Shown: positions 49,736-56,030 of the stretch, piece by piece
Layout: each line of letters starts with the position of its first letter
Position numbering within the stretch: the stretch's first letter is position 1
Source: Octopus sinensis
Taxonomy: Eukaryota
DNA length: 56,030 nucleotides
Direction of reading: 5' to 3'
Assembly (NCBI RefSeq): GCF_006345805.1
Contig: NW_021835374.1
Coordinates: 1 to 56,030 of the forward strand
Program-made: the position numbers and the translations under genes
The notes under the pieces: generated by a model
Databases searched by the model: none
The model's input: only the letters and a program-made list of their open reading frames with translations
What the model was told of the DNA's origin: nothing

Positions 49736-50109
49736 TGTATGTATGTATGTATGTGTGTATGTATGTATGTATATGTATGTATGTGTGAAGGGTGCAGGTG
49801 CGTGTGTGTGTGTTTATGTGTGTGTGTTTGTGTGTGTGACTTGAATATTCTATCAATACATAAATGGTTTTAATACCATTGTGAGTGAATAAGAGAACTG
49901 TTAATCAAAGAAGACTGCAAGCCTCTACATAACAAAGTCCTTACTCTATGGTGTCTGTCTAGCAACTTGATTTGAAGAAATCGATCACTGCACAAAACAA
50001 GGTTATGGCTAAACTTATTTATGGCATTTGATTTAGGAGACTGACTTTCATACTGTTTAGGATAACGAACTACTACGACTGATGTTGCTAGTGCTGCTGC
50101 TGCTGCTGC

Positions 50110-50166
<57 letters not shown>

Positions 50167-50411
50167 TCCCTCCATGTCTATTAACGTAAAATATGTATTT
50201 GGAAATACATCGTGAAAGGTAGGCATGTAAGTAAGTGGTTTGGGATTTATGTAGACGTATATATTATACGTGTGTGTGTGTGTGTGTGTGGTGAGTTTTG
50301 CGTGTGTGTGTGTAAGAGGGTGCATGTGGTGCAATGTGCGTGTTATACACAAACACACCCCTCACATATATCATAGCTATCTCTCTAATAATCTATAATA
50401 ACACAAGATCT

Positions 50412-50461
<50 letters not shown>

Positions 50462-50618
50462 ATTATGGTATATATATGTATGTATGTATATATATATGTA
50501 TATATATATATGTTTATGTATATATATATGTATAATATTAGTATGTATATAATATATATATGTATATATATTTATATGTATATATAATGTATATTATATA
50601 TATACACATATATTGTAT

Positions 50619-50693
<75 letters not shown>

Positions 50694-51630
50694 TAGATAT
50701 ATGTGAGGGTGAGTGTGTATATATAATTGTTTGTTTGAAATATTTTGGCATCGATCTATGATAAATGAGTCTTGTGGTCTTCATCTAATAACTAATTCCA
50801 TAAATCAGTGCCGTTTTCTAACCCGTCTTAATTAGAAAGTGCAGCAAATTATGTTTGCCGTGCTTAAAAGGTTGAGAATTAAAATAGCGACGAATATCAT
50901 GATGGAAACTATTAAGGTGTTGACAGCAGATAATTGCTTCTTTTCCAAGTAGTGCCGCCATATTAGATACATTCTAGTCGCTTCTTGCGGCTTTTTGCTT
51001 TAACGTTTTCCATCGGTGAAGTACTTACTGTGTGGCCTGCTTGCCTGGCTGGTTGGTTGGTCGGTCGGTCTGGTCGGTCGGTCGGTCGGTTGGTCAATCG
51101 GTATGTCAGTTGGTTGGTTGGTTGGCGGGTTGGTCGGTTGGCCGGCTTGTTGTTCGCTCGCAAGCATTGCGTGTTCGGTTGTTTGTAAGCAATTTCTTGC
51201 TTATTTGAATGATTTGTTGGATGGTTTGTTTGTTTGTTTGTGTTGGTCTGTTGGTCGGTTGGTCAGTCGGCTTGTTGGTCGGTCAGTCGATCGGTCGGTC
51301 GGTCGGTCAGTCTGTCGGTCAGTACTGGCTAATTAGACGCTTGACAGAATGGTTGACTGGAGTGATCATAATAATGATCGCATTAGCGTACAGTTCTTTG
51401 ACCGTCTAAGCTACATGGGTCTCCGTCAGTTTCGAAGAAAACGCATCAGTTATTCAACCAACAGAACTAACTGTTCAATTAATTAGCGTATGTTAGGCTG
51501 AAAATTCCACAGGTGTAGGTATGGTTGGGTGGTTAAGAATATGCCATGCAATCACGTGGTACCGGGTTTAGTCTCAATGCGTGACATCTGGAGCAAAAGT
51601 CTTCTACTTTAGACCCAGACTGACGTACGC

Positions 51631-51834
51631 CTTTTATCTTTTACTGGTTTCAGTCATTTGACTGTGGCCATGCTGGAGCACCGCCTTTAGTCGAATGAAT
51701 CGACCCCAAAACTTATTATTTGTTAGCCTAGTACTTATTCTATCGTACCCTGTTGCTGAACCGCTAAGTTACGGGGACGTGAACACACCAACATCGGTTG
51801 TCAAGTGATGGGGCGGGGGCAAACACAGACACAC

Positions 51835-51918
<84 letters not shown>

Positions 51919-52081
51919 GACGAGCTTATTTCAGTTTCCGTCTATTAAATCTACTCACAAGGCTTTGGTTGGCCCGAGGTTATAGTAGAAAACACTTGCC
52001 GAAGGTGCCACGCAGTGGGACTGACCCCGGGACCATGTGGTTGGGAAGCAAGCTTCTTACCACACAGCCACGACTGCGCCC
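51631..52081 (-). mobile_element. Family A SINE, full-length
   Basis: Reverse complement of the family A consensus with an internal (AC)n(AT)n tract. Confidence 0.9.
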
Positions 52082-52319
52082 TGTGAATGATTTTGATACA
52101 TCGAAAGTGTATAGAAGCTTGTCGTATATGTGCTTGTGTGTGTCTATGCATATTTTTCTATCCCGCTTTCTCACCCAACACCACTTAATAACCGATATTG
52201 GTTTGTTTACATCCCCATATCCCAACGGTTCTGCAAAAGCATCAATAGATTAAGTACCATACATAAATGCTAGAATCTTTTGATTGCCAAATGGACTTCT
52301 TGACTAGAAATTTCTTCTA

Positions 52320-52455
52320 AGTGATTACATCAACCTCGGTGCTCAGATGGTGCTAATTTTATCGACCCCGGAAGGGTGAAAGGCAACGCCGACCTCGGCA
52401 GTATTTGAACTGAGAAGTATTTAAAAGGAGAACAACCTCGGCAGTATTTGAACTC
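52320..52455 (-). mobile_element. Family B SINE fragment, diverged
   Basis: ttttatcgaccccggaagggtgaaaggcaacgccgacctcggcagtatttgaact, with a short local duplication. Confidence 0.7.
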
Positions 52456-53754
52456 TGTTCGTTAGATTAAAGAGTGACTGACTATTCTGCACGCACGTGT
52501 GTACATAATGTAATTCTTAGATCGATTCTGTGCCATCCAGCACGGAAAGGTTGCACGCCTTATTGCTGTTACAGTCCACATTTTGGAATTCCAAGCATCT
52601 TCTGTCAACCCAGATTTACCCACGAAGGTTTTGTAGACCAGAGGCGCTGATACAAATTATTTGCTCAGTATAGCATCAAATGAAATCGAACCTGTTTCAG
52701 AACCGAATTTCAAATGCATTTGACCATGGGTAGGTCCATCTTTGTGTAGCGCTTTTTGATTGAGGGATGACGTGTTTGGTTATGGTATACAAAACACAAG
52801 GGAATTATCTAGCGAGGGCTACCTCAAGAGATTTTGGGAATACATTTTGGGAAAGGAAAATAGTGTGAAATTCGTACTTTAGGAGGGCCAGACAGAGTAA
52901 AGCAGAAAATGCGGGTAGTGAGGGAGGGAATTTGAAAGAGAATGGAACGCTAATATTAGAGAGCCAGTGAGAAAAGAGAGAGAGAGAGACAGACAGACAG
53001 ACAGGGAAAAAGAGAGACAGAGAGACAGAGAAAAAGGTGCAAAAGGAGTAAGAGAGAAAGGTAAATGGAAACAGATATAAAGTAAGTTATACAGCGAGAA
53101 AGAAAGAAAAAGAGGAGAGTAAGGAAGGAAAAGAGGAGAGTAAGAAACACAAGAGAACATATGAAAACGAAATAGAAAGAAGCATAAAGAGATGAGTAAA
53201 ATAAAGACTGGGATTGATTGAAGTTAATGAGTAGGATAAGGTGAGTTAGAGAGAAGGATACGGAGGAAAGAAGTTAGAGAAGGAAACGAAAGCGTAGCAT
53301 CGAAAAGAAAAAAAGAGAGAGAAAGAAAGAAAGAAAGAAAGAAAGAAAAAACAGAGAGAGAGAGAGAGAAACAGAGAAACAAAGAGAGAAAGAAAAGAAA
53401 GAGGAAGAGAGAGAAAGAAAGACAGAAAGAGAGAAAAAGAAAAAGAGAGAGAGAATGAAAGAAAGGAAGGGAGAAAGAAACAAGCAATGAAAGAAAGAAA
53501 GAAAGAAAAAAAGAAAGAAAGAAAGAAAAAAAGAAAGAAAGAAAGAAAGAAAGAAAGAAGGAAAGAAAGAAAGAAAGAATGATAGAAAGAAAAAAGAAAG
53601 AAAGAACGAAAGGAGAAGCATGGGAACAACTTAGGACAAAAAGTAAAAGTAAATTTACGAGGGATAAACAGTGTAGTGATGAAATTCAGGATAAGAGAGG
53701 AAAGTGGAATGTGGTGGTTATGCGTATGTGTGTAATGTTGTGCGTGTGTGTGTG

Positions 53755-53789
<35 letters not shown>

Positions 53790-54140
53790 GTGGGTGTATC
53801 TGTATTCTAGTGAGAGTGTACGAACGTAGAGAGAGAGAGAGTGAGGTGAAAGTGAGAAAGTGAGAGAGAGAGAGAGATTCTGTGTGACACAGAGAATGTC
53901 TAAATATATATGATACAGATAGTAAGAGATAAGATAGATAGATAGAGAGGGAGGGAGAGAGAGATCAATAGATAGACAGGAAGAGAGAAAGAGGGAGAGG
54001 AAAAGTGAGAAGGGTTACAAAGTAAAATACAAATATTAAAAAATATAAACCTGGGAAAGAAGTACGGAGTGTATATATATATAATATATATATATATATA
54101 CATATATATATTTATGTTCATATATGTATGTATGCATGTA

Positions 54141-54171
<31 letters not shown>

Positions 54172-54212
54172 ATGTATATATATATATGTATGCATGTATG
54201 TATGTATATATT

Positions 54213-54244
<32 letters not shown>

Positions 54245-54788
54245 TGTACGTATGAATGTATGTATGTATAAGCGAAGTGTTGTTTTCTGGATAGATCTGG
54301 AGACGTTTCGCACAAAAAGACAAGACTACTTCTTGCCAACAATGAACCTTTGTCATTCCTCCCCCGCCCCCCGCCCCCGTGTCAACTAATATTGGCTTGC
54401 TGTTGTCACCACATATTAAACCCCTAATCCTTACTTTTATTAACGAGAACGTGTCTCTAACAAACAAAAGCCACAGTCTCGTTCTCCCTAATTCATAGCC
54501 CCTTTTCTTCAATGACAACCGGCCATTATCGAGATATTTTCGCGCGTGTGTGTGTGTATTGGAGTGCGCGCGTGCGTATATGTTTGTGTGTGTCTATGTG
54601 TGTCTGTATGGGTGGGGTGAGTGGGGATATATAGCATGTGTGTGTGTCATGGATGGATATGTGTACTTTTTGTTTCTTTTTATATTTTGATCTCTGATCT
54701 CTTTCAACATTTCATTCTAGTTTCTTTTCTCTATAATCCTTCAGTTTTGTTCTCCTCTGTCAACGACCTGCGCATATTATATATATAG

Positions 54789-54823
<35 letters not shown>

Positions 54824-55073
54824 GTATAATATATATATATATTGCATATATACATACGTATATGTACACACTTACATATACATGTATATACACATGCATA
54901 TATGGGGCACAGGACGTCACAAAAACGTAAACAACATGAATACTAAAACATGGAATACGAACTTTTTTGCGAACAACAAAAGAAACAAATGGAAAACAAG
55001 AGAGCAATATAAAAAAAAACGACCCTTCATCAGTAGTCGGCTGTTTTTCTACACCGCATATATACATATATAT

Positions 55074-55158
<85 letters not shown>

Positions 55159-55186
55159 AAGACAGACAGCTAGCTAGCTAGCTAGC

Positions 55187-55264
<78 letters not shown>

Positions 55265-55602
55265 TGATGGTCATGAAAGGGTAGAAAATCGGAGCATATC
55301 CAATGTCGCACGCAACCCGAACTTGACGCTATAAACACTCTTGAATTGGGCTTTCAAAGATCGAAATTCTACTGCTGTTTCCACTCGATACAAATCAAAT
55401 AGAACTGTCAGATGTATAATGTAAAACGTACGGTTTGGTGCAAGTCTGATGAAGTGTTGCACTACTGAGTAAAACAGCAAATATTACATAAATCTTGTAC
55501 GCAATTGCATTATAAACAGAATGGTGCGAAACAATAGTTATTGGTTATTAAAGATACGCTAGTCATTTTCTTTTGTCACCATCATTGAATTTTATATATA
55601 CA

Positions 55603-56030
55603 CAGGGTAATTGAAAAGTAACTCCCTATGGTACCTCACTATGCTGCAAGATGATATTTGACCAGTTATCAGTGCTTGGAAGAAAACTGAAGATTTGATT
55701 TTCATGCAAGCTAGAGCCACTCCATATTTTACTCCCGGGGAAATGGTTGAATGTCCATTTCCTCGGGAGATGTATGGCTCGTCGTGGTCCACATGAGTGG
55801 CCAGCCAGGAGTCTCGACTTAATACACTGTGATTGCCCTATTTGGAGTTGGTTAAAGGAACAAGTCTACGGTACCAAACTAAAGACATTGGAAGAACTTA
55901 AAGTTGCGAATACGAGAAGTTATGTTTTCCATCCCTCCAGAATTCCTGGGGAAATCATGACGTAATTCCTAGGTGACTCAAAGACGCTAGAGCCCGTAAC
56001 GAATTTTAAGCAAAACTGCATATTAAAAAC
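55603..56030 (+). mobile_element. Internally deleted Tc1/mariner-superfamily transposon (WPxRSPDL type), running off the window end
   Basis: cagggt TIR-like start after (TA)n; remnants LIFMQ..WLNVHF.GR..ARRGP.EWPARSLDL..CD..IWSWLKEQVY..KTLEELK. Confidence 0.8.

Noticed and set aside
55271-55480. Non-repetitive 69-aa minus-strand ORF
   Set aside because: No recognised motif, no ATG start, and no supporting neighbouring exons.
55446-55545. CUGAUGA..GAAAC hammerhead-like arrangement
   Set aside because: No NUH in register with stem III and no stem I closure.

Overview
AT-rich, microsatellite-saturated, essentially non-coding animal DNA. The repeat families fit a coleoid cephalopod (octopus-like) genome; this is an inference from recalled repeat families, not a database result. 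I cannot support any host protein-coding exon, rRNA, true tRNA or CRISPR array, and most ORFs in the supplied track are translations of simple repeats. The window holds four tRNA-derived SINE families (labelled A, B, D, E by me, about 20 copies or fragments) and a near full-length decayed mariner. It also holds a Tc1/mariner-type fragment, L1/Tx1, CR1 and RTE LINE fragments, a Penelope-like (PLE) GIY-YIG remnant, and three non-autonomous Helitron-like elements. The most interesting layer is a set of PLE-type minimal hammerhead ribozyme (HHR) motifs with short palindromic stem III. One has a compensatory G3:C8 core swap (17442-17492, minus strand), and a five-copy family has a fixed A6U core. 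Several 100-280 bp fold-back palindromes occur, two with their axis next to an HHR 3' half. Other notable structures are a 7-unit SINE concatemer with a ~377-bp higher-order duplication and SINEs split by insertions into their internal microsatellite. All ribozyme calls are by-eye structure predictions and are untested.
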